Shown here: one piece after another, positions 11,374-21,823 of the stretch
How the letters are laid out: each line of letters opens with the position of its first letter
Position numbering within the stretch: position 1 is the stretch's first letter
Source of the DNA: an uncultured Mogibacterium sp.
GTDB taxonomy: Bacteria > Bacillota > Clostridia > Peptostreptococcales > Anaerovoracaceae
Assembly (NCBI GenBank): GCA_916438865.1
Contig: CAKAFX010000002.1
Location: forward strand, 188,552 to 252,551
Direction of reading: 5' to 3'
Length of the DNA: 64,000 nucleotides
Translations under genes and position numbers: made by a program
Notes under the pieces: generated by a model
Databases searched by the model: none
Told to the model about the DNA's origin: nothing
The model's input: the letters and a program-made list of their open reading frames with translations, nothing else

Positions 11374-11456
11374 TTGCAACTTTGTGGTATTTGCATTAAA
11401 ATACATTATATAGTAGTTCAATTGAACTAACTTTTGTAATATAAGTCTAACTTATA
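11374..11456 (+). promoter_or_regulatory. Sigma-A-like promoter followed by two palindromic operator candidates
   Basis: TTGCAA(11374)-17 bp-TAAAAT(11397); perfect palindrome TAGTTCAATTGAACTA 11414-11429; TATAAGT-cta-ACTTATA 11440-11456. Confidence 0.55.
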
Positions 11457-11487
11457 AATATAATACTATTCATTCACAGGAGGAAAG

Positions 11488-14400
11488 ATGAAGACTACAG
11501 GTTTCAAGGGAGTGTTGTCTTTTATTGTTGCCGCGGCTGTTACAGTTGCGATGGCATACTCGGCTGTTTCAGTCGTAGAGAAGAACAACGCTGCCAAAGA
11601 GAAGGCTGCCAAGGAAGCTCAGGCAATTGGTTCAGAGGTTTCCACAGACGGTCTTAAGGATGGAGAATACGAGGGTACTGCAACCGGTTACGGTGGACCC
11701 CTTACTGTTCGCATCACCGTTAAGGGTGGAAAGCTGACAGATATCAAGGTTGTATCCCAGACAGAAACACCAGAGTATTTTAACAGGGCGAAAGCTGTCA
11801 TAGGCAAGATACTGAGCAGTGGCAATGTAAACGTTGACTCTGTTTCAGGAGCGACTATCTCTTCGAATGCGATCAAAAAGGCTGTTGCAGATGCCCTTCA
11901 GAAGGCGGGTTCTAAGCAGCAGGCTAAGGTTACACCAGTTAAGAAGGATGCTAGATCAGCTAAGGGTAGAAAGGGTAATGCCGCAGGTTCATTTGCTATT
12001 GCAAGTGCTAACCTCAATGATGGAGTTTACACAGGATCAGGTCAGGGCTTCAACGGTCCGATTAGAGTTCGTGTAACCGTATCTGGCGGTAATATTACTA
12101 GCGTAGACATCCTATCGCACAGCGACGATGCACCTTTCTTTAACCGTGCAAAGGCTGTAATCGGTAGACTGCTCGGAAGTCCGGGTAAGAGTGTAGATAC
12201 AGTTTCTGGTGCTACCTATTCTAGCCGTGGAATTATCGATGCAGTGAGAAATGCACTTGCTGGTGCTGGCAAGTCAAGCGTTACTAATGCTAGTAGCAAT
12301 CCAAGTAATCCAAGCCAAGACAATAAGCCAAGCACAGATAACACAACTCCAGCAGTTAACCCTGAGACTGGAGAGCCAACATATGTTGATGCAGCACTAC
12401 GTAAGCACTATCCAGGAGATAAGCTCAAGGATGGTGAGTACACAGGAATAGGTATTGGATACCTCAATCCAGGTGGAATCAAGACTTACGTTACGGTTAA
12501 GGATGGCGAGATATCTAGCCTTAGAGTTGGAATAGGCGAGGATTATCGTGATGATATGGGACCATTTAGAAGCAAAGCAGAGAAAGTACTACCTTTCCTA
12601 CAGGGTAAGGAGGGACGTTGGAACATTGCGAAGATGGGACTTTATCGTGAGTATTTCGAGGCAATCAGAAAGAGCAGCGATCCTAAGGCTAAGGTTAAGG
12701 AACTATTTGGCGACAAGTATGTGAGCATGCTCAATGGACTATCAGGAAAGAATACTGAATCTGACCTCACACTCATGTCGAGAACTGTAAAGGCTTACAT
12801 GAGCGACCGTTACGAAGGCAAGAAGATGTTCGATAGCGTAACAGGAGCTACAGTTAGTGCGAGCGGAATTTCTGCAGCAACTAAGGAAGCTAGCAATAAA
12901 TCTGCACATGATCAGAAAACTAACTCTGACGTGAAGGAAGTTGCAATCATATCGCCTAAGACCAAGACAGTAGAGGTTAACACTGGTAGCACAGTTGATT
13001 TCTCTGAGCTTAAGGCCAAGGTTGTTAAGAAGGACGGAACAGTAACGGAAGCTTCGTGGGATGAATTTGCAGCAAACGGACTCAGCATCACTGACGAGGA
13101 CGGAAATGCAATCGAAAAACGGCAGCGATCTCAAGGCTTATGGTGACAAGAAGGTTATCAAGGCGAGAGTGGTTCACAAGGAATCGCTATCTTATGACAG
13201 CTTCAGAATCCTAGTTGGACGTTACAGCAGAGACTACATCGTAGGACTTGAGTACAGCAAGGACGGTTCGAAGTGGTACAAGATAGACTCTGTAAAGATG
13301 GATTCAGTAGATGACCGCAAGATCGATGATCAGCAGGTTGTAGATGCACCTACAGCGTTCGAGTTTGAAAATGTTAAGGTGCGCCTGGTTTCCAAGGAAG
13401 GACATCGCTACGAGTACATAACAGATAAGAAACCTGTAAATAGAAAGGTTAAGTACACTGTAGTAAACGATGAAAATCCTAATGCGCCATCTGCGCTGTT
13501 CGTAACATTCCAGCTTTCCGGCACAGAGGCAGATAAGCAGCTTGTTGAGAATAATGGTGGAAATGACAATCCAGGAACAACAGATCCAGATGAGAATCTA
13601 CCTGAAGTAGAAGTAGACAGCAAGGTAATCGAGACAGTTCTCGACGAGCCAGGAAGACCTAAGTGGACTGAGCGTATTCCAATCAAGGATGCGACAGTTA
13701 CAAGCCTAGATAAGGAAGCTGTACTACAGCCTACAATCGAGGGACTCCCTAAGGGACTCAGCTTCGACGGCACAACTATCACTGGCACACCAGTAGTTGA
13801 AGACAACAACTGGGATGGTGACGGCGGTATGTTCAAGACAGTAACTATGAAGTTCAAGGCTAAGAAGAATGGCAAGCTTCTAGTTAGAAAGTACACATAC
13901 TGGATATATAGAGATAAAGATCATGACGGAATCGCGGATGATGATGAGGACGGCGGAGTAGCATTTACACCTCAGAGAGTGAATGCAAAGGCTATCGATG
14001 TAGATGGCAAGGCGCCAACACTCGAGGATTATAAGGCTAAGTTCAGCAACATTCCTACAGATGGCTCTGTAAAGGTGAAGCTCATTCAGAAGCCTGACCT
14101 GTCCAAGAAGGGTATGACTAAAGCTGTACTCGAGTTCTCCGTAGATGGCATCGACAAGAAGAGCAAAGCGATCGTGATGGTTAACGTTAAGAATCCAGCT
14201 CCTGATGCAGAAGAAGAGATTCCTGAAGTAGAGGTAGACAGCAAGGTAATCGAGACAGTGCTCGACGAGCCAGGCAGACCTAAATGGACTCAGGGCGTGC
14301 CAATTAAGCCAGCTACAGTTACAAGTCTCGACAAGGATGCTCAGATGGAGACAACTATCGAAGGACTTCCTAAGGGACTCAGCTTCGATGGCACTACCAT

Positions 14401-15022
14401 CACTGGCACACCAGTAGTTGAAGACGACAACTGGGATGGTGACGGCGGTATGTTCAAGACAGTAACTATGAAGTTCAAGGCTAAGAAGAATGGCAAGCTT
14501 CTAGTTAGAAAGTATACATACTGGATCTATAGAGATAAGGATCACGACGGAATCGCGGATGATGACGAGGACGGCGGAGTAGCATTTACACCACAGAGAC
14601 ATAACTCAAAGCCTCTCGTTGTAGACGGCAAAGAACCGACACTCGACGACTACAAAGCTCTATTCAGTAACATCCCTGCGGATGGTTCAGTAAAGGTGAG
14701 CATAAAGCAGAAGCCTGATCTCAGCAAGAAGGGAACGGCAAGAGCGGTTCTTGAGTTCTCAGTAGATGGAGTAACGAAAAACGGCAGAGCAATCGTAATA
14801 ATTGATGTCAAGAAACCAGTAGAGAATGCTACAACCGCAGCTGTTACAAACAGTACAGCTAGCACAAGAAGCGCCGCAGTAGCTGCAATCTCTAGACCTG
14901 CAAGTGTAGAGCATTCAGAGAGCGGTAAGGTTAGTAAGAAAGAAGACGTACAGAAGCCGGCTGAGGGCAAGGAAACTGCAGAAAGCTCAGCTACAGCTGA
15001 GACGGAAAGGACGGTATCGTGA
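11488..15022 (+). CDS. Large exported protein with three FMN-binding (flavinylation) domains and tandem Ig-like repeats (indel near 13115 joins two ORFs)
   Basis: N-terminal hydrophobic segment; three DGxYxG.. domains ending DSVSGAT, DTVSGAT, DSVTGAT; two 207-aa repeats with GLPKGLSFDGTTITGTP and DKDHDGIADDDED. Confidence 0.88.
13601..14819 (+). repeat. Tandem intragenic duplication, period 621 bp (207 aa)
   Basis: cctgaagtaga(a/g)gtagacagcaaggtaatcgagacag starts at 13601 and 14222; long near-identical stretches follow. Confidence 0.95.
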
Positions 15023-15751
15023 ACTTAATAATTGGAATCGCAGTGACTGTCATATTTTTATATCTTGGCAGCAGATGCAATTAAGAAGCACCCAGGGGCT
15101 TTTTATCTAGGCATATACGTGTGGTGCGGAGCGGTAGTTCTATATTACAACTACGGTTATGTTCAAAAGTTCCCAGAGTGGTTTAACGTGTACTTTATGG
15201 ACATGTTCGTTAGGGGTATATTCACTACGGCTACATTTATGGTAGTTATGTACCTTGGTGTAATCACTAAGCACAACAAGCTCTCTCGTAAGCTGATGAG
15301 TGTGCGCGGAGAGATTTCTATCATCGGAAGCTTGCTAACACTAAGCCACAACGTGGTTTTCGGAGTTCATTACTTCCCGATGCTGTTTACAAATCCAAAG
15401 GCTATGCCTACTAGAGAGCTGATTGCATCGTCAATCACTCTGTGCCTGCTAGCTATGCTTATTCCTCTCTTCATCACCTCATTTAAGGTGGTTCGCCGCA
15501 AGATGAGTGGTAAGACTTGGAAAAAAGTGCAGCGCATGGCATACCCGTTCTTTATCGGAATCTATGTGCACATCATGGTTCTGTACTCAGCGGATGTAAA
15601 GTCTCATATGACAGGTATAATCGTATACTCCGTTGTATACATAAGCTATGTAGTTTTGAGACTGAGAAAAAGCAGCTCTAAAGAGCAGAAAACTCAAGGT
15701 TGCTGCTGCTTAAAAAAAGATAGCTTTCATAGTCTATACATAAAAAAATAA
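15019..15751 (+). CDS. Ferric-reductase-like (MsrQ-like) multi-TM membrane protein
   Basis: GTG overlaps upstream TGA (GTGA); about 6 TM segments; RGEISI..H, LFITS..VRRKM..KTWKKVQRMAY..H pattern; indels near both ends. Confidence 0.85.
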
Positions 15752-15755
15752 AGTA

Positions 15756-15793
15756 AAACAGGGTCTGGTCTCGAATGAGGCCAGACCCTGTTT
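15756..15793. terminator. Bidirectional terminator
   Basis: aaacagggtctggtctc-gaat-gaggccagaccctgttt. Confidence 0.85.
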
Positions 15794-15830
15794 GTACTTA
15801 ACAGTATATCTACTAATTTAATTAATCTTA

Positions 15831-16860
15831 TTAATACTTATAGCTTGGAACTAGCTCTTTAAGCGTAGGCATGATTCCAATGTTGTTAGGAGTCTGTCCT
15901 GGTAGCTGCCAGAAATCGTGAGCACAGTATACATTGCCCTCGATGATGGCAGGTCCAGTCGGAGTTACTGCAACGTCCCAACCTACGTACCTAATCTGTG
16001 GCACTTCCATAGCCGCCTTTAGAATCATTTCCTTAGCTTCCTTGAACAACGGAGTTTTGAATCCTACAAGTTTCACGTGAGAGTTGGGATGCTCGGTGTA
16101 AAGGCCTTCTGCCTTCGTGTCACCAGAGTGAGCAGGGAATAGGAACTCACCAGTCTCTAGGTCAACTGGTCCGTGAACTCCGTAGTTATCTACAACTCTG
16201 CCGTTGATACCGAACTTCTGAACAGAATAAATCAGATGAGGCTTGCCATCATCACCGATAATAGTGATCATACGCATAGTGTTAGCACTACCAGAATATA
16301 CCTTGTTAAGGTCAGGGTGATTTTCGATAACACCTTCGAGAGTTCCGAATCCCTTTTCCTTGATGTACGCATAGAAAGCATCGAAGTTCTCGAAGTCAGA
16401 AGTCACGAGTCTCTCGCAGCCGATACCGCACTCTAGGTCTCTAAGCTTGCAGAATACCTTTTTCTTTTTTTGTTGAAATATGCCTCAACTTCCTCCTTTG
16501 TAGCAGTTTCAAGATCGATGAAGTCACGACCGATATAGTCCTTAAACTTCTCATTAAACTCGTCCTTGTTATCAAAGAAATGCGCGTAAGCTGGATCATT
16601 CATCTGCGACACGAGCTTCTTGCTTCTGAATCTAGTCAGATAAGTGTCTCTCTCTGCATCGGTCTTATCCCAGAACTGGAAGATTACATAATCATAGTAT
16701 CCAGCATCGAATTTTTCTCATGCAGTGCACAATATCCTTTGCACATGCAAGCTTGCTCTTGCCAGAAATTCTGTGCGCCTCGTTGACACAGTCCGTGAAC
16801 TTCTTGAAGCTAGCGTTCCTTAGCACTCTTAATCCATACTTTATTTTTGCTTTCGCCCAT
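15831..16860 (-). CDS. Sugar-transfer-associated ATP-grasp domain protein (split by indels)
   Basis: FDNKDEF.., SANTMRMIT, VVDN, YVGWDVAVTPTGPAIIEGN motifs. Confidence 0.8.
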
Positions 16861-17119
16861 ATAAATTCCTCGTTTCATAAATCGTAATATTTTTCGTCTA
16901 TCTTAACTATTTTTATATCAGGTAATAGTTATAAATCAAATGTTTATTGGGCAGTTTTGGTAATCGTGAGTTGGGTGAATCACCGTAAACTATGGTATTA
17001 TAATCATGATGGAAATGAGATTAATTAGCTGACGATAGATGTATAAACAAAATTTGGCATAGAGTGAAACTATCCTAAGCTGCTGGAAATAGCTTAGGAT
17101 ATAAAAGGGAAATTCGACA

Positions 17120-17806
17120 ATGGCAAGTCAGAGATATTCAAGGCAGGGATACAGAAAAAAATAAAAAAAGATGGAGAAGATGATTGCGACGCTCGTTATA
17201 GCTGTCGCTGTTTTTCATCCTCAATCAAATGGGCATAGACATAGGCGATTCAGGCGGTTCAACTAATAAAGTTAAGCCGCTAAAGGAGAAAGCGTAGAGC
17301 AGCTGCTCGATGATGTGCGTGTAGCATCGCCAAACGAGTATGTGGATTACAATCGCGACTCATATACCGAGCCATATAAGCGCATCGAGTACAAGGGGAG
17401 GAAGTACTCGCTTAGGAGGTTTGCCTTCGAGACCAGCAAGCACTATAGAAACGGTGAATACATAGATCCGTACACAGGTGAAAGCCTTCCACTTGATAAC
17501 AGCAACTTTGACCACATAATTCCGCTCAACTATGTCAATAAGCATGGCGGTGCAAAATGGAGCCATTCCAAGAAGCATCAGTACGCCACGGACGTGCGTG
17601 TGGGTGTCTGCGTAGATGGTGCAGTTAACCGTGAGAAATCCGATAAAGGGCCTAGCGAATGGCTGCCAGATACTAACGTAGATGAATATTGTTACACATG
17701 GCTTGTGATTGCTGTGAACTATGATATTGCGTTATCGCCTGAAGATATTGAGGTTATCAGGGAGAATGTCGGGAGCAGTCCGAAGCTAATTAACCCATAC
17801 AATTAA
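17120..17806 (+). CDS. Exported HNH-type nuclease (DUF1524-like), 5' part split by indels
   Basis: N-terminal hydrophobic stretch; YNRD, DPYTG, DHIIPL, NREKSDKGPSEWLP, CxY..W motifs. Confidence 0.8.
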
Positions 17807-17818
17807 AGGAGCGTTGTT

Positions 17819-18328
17819 ATGTTCAAGTATTATTACGACTCGCCATTAGGTGCTATTACATTGCATGCTGACGACGAAGCTCTGCTCAGTGTCTGGTTAG
17901 GTGATGAGAGGGCAGAGGATACTGTAGAGCTTGTCGAGAGGCCTGGGGCAAATAAGCACCTAAGCGATGCTGTTTGCTGGCTAGACGAGTACTTTGCAGG
18001 TAAAGTACCAGACTTTACACCGACAATTAAGCTACAAGGCTCACTGTTTCGAAACACAGTATCACAGATACTGCTTGAGATTCCTTACGGTGAACTTACG
18101 ACTTATGGCGAGATTGCGCATGAAGTTGAGGTTAGGCTTAGCAAGGAGCGAATGTCAGCGCAAGCTGTGGGAGGCGCCGCTTGTAATAACGAGTTTTCTA
18201 TTATAGTTCCGTGCCACCGCGTCGTGGGTAAGGACGGAAAGCTCACGGGATATGCGGGAGGTCTGGACAAGAAGGTTTATCTACTTCAACATGAGGGTGT
18301 GGATTTTGAAGCACATAATCTTAGATAA
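17819..18328 (+). CDS. ogt: Methylated-DNA--protein-cysteine S-methyltransferase
   Basis: IPYG..TYG, AQAVGGA, PCHRV active site, GYAGG. Confidence 0.95.
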   Translation: MFKYYYDSPLGAITLHADDEALLSVWLGDERAEDTVELVERPGANKHLSDAVCWLDEYFAGKVPDFTPTIKLQGSLFRNTVSQILLEIPYGELTTYGEIAHEVEVRLSKERMSAQAVGGAACNNEFSIIVPCHRVVGKDGKLTGYAGGLDKKVYLLQHEGVDFEAHNLR

Positions 18329-18370
18329 AATATGAGATAATCTAATTCTTAAAAAAAGCAGCAGGCAGAG

Positions 18371-19255
18371 CTACGCTCTTTGCCTGCTGTCTTCGTTTGA
18401 TCTTAGAATAACTTTTCCGCCAACAGTCCAGTTTATCGCTGAAGTAGGGCAGATGCTTCTACATTTGCCGCAGCGGATGCATTCGACGCTGTTGATGTTA
18501 TCTAGCACCTTTACCTGCATATCGCAGTTTTTTTCGCACTTCATGCATTTTATACATGTATCGTGGTTAACTTCCATCTGAAGCACACTAAAGCGGTTAA
18601 ACAGCGAATAAATGGCACCTAGAGGGCAGATATATTTACAGAAAGGTCTGTATATCATGGTTGAAAGTATAACCGTGATAATAAGTAAAATCATCTTCCA
18701 GTCAAATAGTACGCCCATCATTGCCCGTAGCGATTCGTTCTTGATAAGGAGGGGATGCCCGCCTCCATAGTACCCGCTGGGCAGATGTACTTACAGAAGA
18801 ATGGCTCGCCTAGTCCGAACTCATTGGATATCGCTATAGGTAGTGCGAACACAAATACCACAAGAATTACGTATTTAAGGTATCTGAGAGCTCTATCTAT
18901 CTTGGCAGGAATTATGCGCTTCTTGACTCTAATCTTGTGAAGCAAGTCTTGAAAAAAACCGAATGGACATAGGAAGCCGCACACGAACCTACCGAGGAAC
19001 GCTCCAGTAATTAGCAAAAATCCCATTACGTAATATGAGATGTGGTATTTATTGCCGTTTTTCGACTGATTGCAGTGCTCCGATAGGGCAGGCTGCACCT
19101 GCTGCCGGGCATGAATAGCAGTTCAGTCCAGGTGAGCAGAAACTCTTGCTTTGACCTTTGTGAATTGAACCTTTTGAGAAGTTCGAGATGTGCGGATTGG
19201 TCAGGAATGTGGCTATAAGCTGCACGATGTGGCGCCTTGGATTATTAGTCTTCAT
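18371..19255 (-). CDS. NapH/MauN-like membrane 4Fe-4S binding protein (split by indels)
   Basis: CSPGLNCYSCP, CPIG, GRFVCGFLCPFG, FCKYICP twice, C-terminal CxxCxxCxxxC pair. Confidence 0.88.
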
Positions 19256-19263
19256 TGCGCCTC

Positions 19264-19410
19264 CTAACCGATACCAATGCACTCTAGACAGACGGTAGCA
19301 GCCTTGCTGAAGACTGTCGCCATCTCACCTCTGTCGATACCAATTATTAACATAACGATACCAGCCACAATAAGTGCGGCCGGTATCAGCTTCTTATACT
19401 TCTTAGACAT
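19264..19410 (-). CDS. Small membrane CXXC peptide (CD1871A-like family), 48 aa, not in ORF track
   Basis: Manual translation MSKKYKKLIPAALIVAGIVMLIIGIDRGEMATVFSKAATVCLECIGIG*. Confidence 0.88.
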   Translation of the reverse strand: MSKKYKKLIPAALIVAGIVMLIIGIDRGEMATVFSKAATVCLECIGIG

Positions 19411-19431
19411 AATACTTATCTAATAATCTCC

Positions 19432-20012
19432 TTACTTGGATACTTTCTCAAGACGCGCATTAACTTCCTTCATATAGAGTTCTGCAATTGCATCTGTATC
19501 TTTTTGTCGAGAATGCTCCAACCTTAGGATCACCAACCTGCTTGCCGTTCTTGTCAAAGAAGACGGTAGTAGGTGTGCCGCTAACGTACTTAAGAAGTCC
19601 GTCGTTTAGGGAGTCGCTAGGTACGAGTGTAGTGGCAGTTAATCCTTTTTTAGCCATGATTTCCTTAGCTGTATCAGGGGAAGCTTCACCATCGATGCAA
19701 ACTGTTATAATCTGCACGTTAGAAGGTAGTTTGCCCTTTAGCTGCTCTAGAGCAGGCATCTCTTCGATGCAGTAACCACAAGTTGTCGACCATACGTTAA
19801 CAATTGTTAGGTCATAATCCTTGAGGTTATCCTGTGTATACTTTTTCACCGTCAAGGGTAGTAGTCTCAAAATTATTGAGACTAGCAGTAGCTCCGCTTT
19901 CGCCGTCTGAATCAGAATCACCTTTGCTGCATCCAGTGAATGTTAGTGCTAGCGCAAGAACAACAATAGTAGCAAGCGCTGCAAATCTTTTTGTGTGTAA
20001 TTTTCTCTTCAT
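19432..20012 (-). CDS. TlpA-family thioredoxin-like lipoprotein (split by indels)
   Basis: Lipobox FTGC; VNVWSTTCGYCIEEMP; GTPTTVFFDKNG. Confidence 0.88.
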
Positions 20013-20235
20013 AATATTCCTCAATACTCCTTATATATCACGAATAATCGCAACATAATATACTATACCTTATCAATATGGATTTAGTATAACATTAATT
20101 TGATGAAATTAATCATTATAAAATTTTTTTATTTTTGATTGTGCACTATCAAAAAAATATTAATATAAATACATCGTTGACCGATGCAGGCAATGATACT
20201 ACAATATTACGATATGGAAAAAGGAGAAGAAGGAT

Positions 20236-20774
20236 ATGAATATTACAGTTTATTGCGGCTCTCACTTCGGTGAGAATTCCGTATTTAAAGATAGGGCGAT
20301 TGAGCTTGGAAACTGGATCGCTGAGAGCAGTCACAGCCTCGTGTATGGGGGCGGAAATGTGGGACTTATGGGCACTGTTGCAAATACTGTTCTCGAGGGC
20401 GGTGCCAAGGTTTACGGCATCATCCCAGAGTTCCCTACTCGACCAGGAGAAGGGTCACGAAGGACTTTACACTCTCGAAATTGTAAAATCCATGCCAGAA
20501 CGTAAGACCCGCATGATTAACCTTGGTGATGCATTTATCGCTCTTCCTGGTGGACCTGGAACCCTTGAGGAAATCTCGGAAATCATTTCGCTCAGAAGGC
20601 TGAATAGGACTGATAAACCTTGTATAGTCTATAACATCGAGGGGTTTTATGAACCTTTAAAAAAAGCTATTAGATGAGATGGTTTCTGCCGACTTTATGC
20701 CAGCTGAGGACCTGGACAAAGTGATTTTTGCAAATAATCTTGATGAGGTTAAAGCTGCTATAGGCGAGAAATAA
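20236..20774 (+). CDS. LOG family (TIGR00730) nucleotide phosphoribohydrolase (split)
   Basis: VYCGS, YGGGNVGLMG, ALPGGPGTLEE. Confidence 0.9.
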
Positions 20775-20941
20775 GCTATTTCATATAAGTATTTAAAAGA
20801 GCAATAAATCTATATGTGGTTTGGACAAAAAGCGTTTTTGACTTTGAAACATAGCACAGATACAATTATTTAGTAGGTTATAAATTGTACAGGATGAAGC
20901 TTAGTGAGATTCACAAAATCAATGGAAAAAGGTTTTTTTAA

Positions 20942-21397
20942 ATGAAGAGAAAGATATTACCAATTATTATGATTCTGGCTATCAGTACAGCACTACTTGC
21001 CGGCTGCTCTAAGAAGGGTGCAGAAGATAATAAGAACAAGGACGGTTACACTCATATCTCTGGCAAGGAAGCTGCAGAGTTCGTTGAGAATGCTGATAAA
21101 GACAATGCTAAGATTGTCGATGTAAGAGGTAAGGTAGCATGGGGAATGGGACATCTTCCTAATGCGATTCCTGTATGGTACGAAGACTTCGACAAGGGCG
21201 AGGTAAAAGAGCTTCCAGATAAGAACCAGAAAATACTCCTATACTGCGATTATGGCGGCCTAAGCAAGAGAGTAGCTAAGAGACTTGTAAAGCAAGGCTA
21301 CACCAACGTATACGAGTTCAATGGACTCAAGGTATGGAAGGGTGAAGTAATCGTTGAAGAAGAGTACAAGGAGCTACAGGAGAGCGAGAGTAATTAG
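20942..21397 (+). CDS. Rhodanese-domain lipoprotein
   Basis: Lipobox LLAGC; IVDVR, GHLPNA, LLYCDYGGLS active-site loop. Confidence 0.9.
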   Translation: MKRKILPIIMILAISTALLAGCSKKGAEDNKNKDGYTHISGKEAAEFVENADKDNAKIVDVRGKVAWGMGHLPNAIPVWYEDFDKGEVKELPDKNQKILLYCDYGGLSKRVAKRLVKQGYTNVYEFNGLKVWKGEVIVEEEYKELQESESN

Positions 21398-21434
21398 GCT
21401 GAGCGTTTGTAGATAGTAACTATATTAAGAAATC

Positions 21435-21464
21435 AAAAGAGCAAGGGTATTCCCTTGCTCTTTG
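21435..21464. terminator. Bidirectional terminator
   Basis: aaaagagcaaggg-tatt-cccttgctctttg. Confidence 0.8.
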
Positions 21465-21537
21465 TTATTTCTGTTCATAAATCAATCCCGTATACCTTAT
21501 TCCTAAACCGTTTAAATAACTTTTTACTTACTTCTTA

Positions 21538-21763
21538 TTACTTCTTAACTGTTAGTTTCCAAGCCTTGTTGTCCTGTTTGTCAAACTCTAGCACTTCATG
21601 ATTATGCTCTTCACAGTAACCTGGTAGGTTTACTACTGCATCTGGGCAAGTGAATTCAACCTCGATAACCTGTCCTTCTTCAGCATCTCCTAGAGCCTTC
21701 TTGAGCTCTATAAGTGGTAGTGGGCAGTCCATTCCTTTAGTATCTAGCTTGATATTTTTCCAT
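21538..21763 (-). CDS. TusA/YeeD-family sulfur carrier (indel near start)
   Basis: KLDTKGMDCPLP motif. Confidence 0.9.
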
Positions 21764-21823
21764 CTTTGTTCCTCCTAGGAGTTATGTATACAATTTCCTA
21801 TATATAAACTATAAAAGTTGTAA

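Noticed and set aside
9228..17003. Similar strings caccgta..aactatggta at 9228-9247 and 16981-16997
   Set aside because: Spacing differs and both overlap probable extended -10 elements; two weak copies are not enough to call a shared operator.
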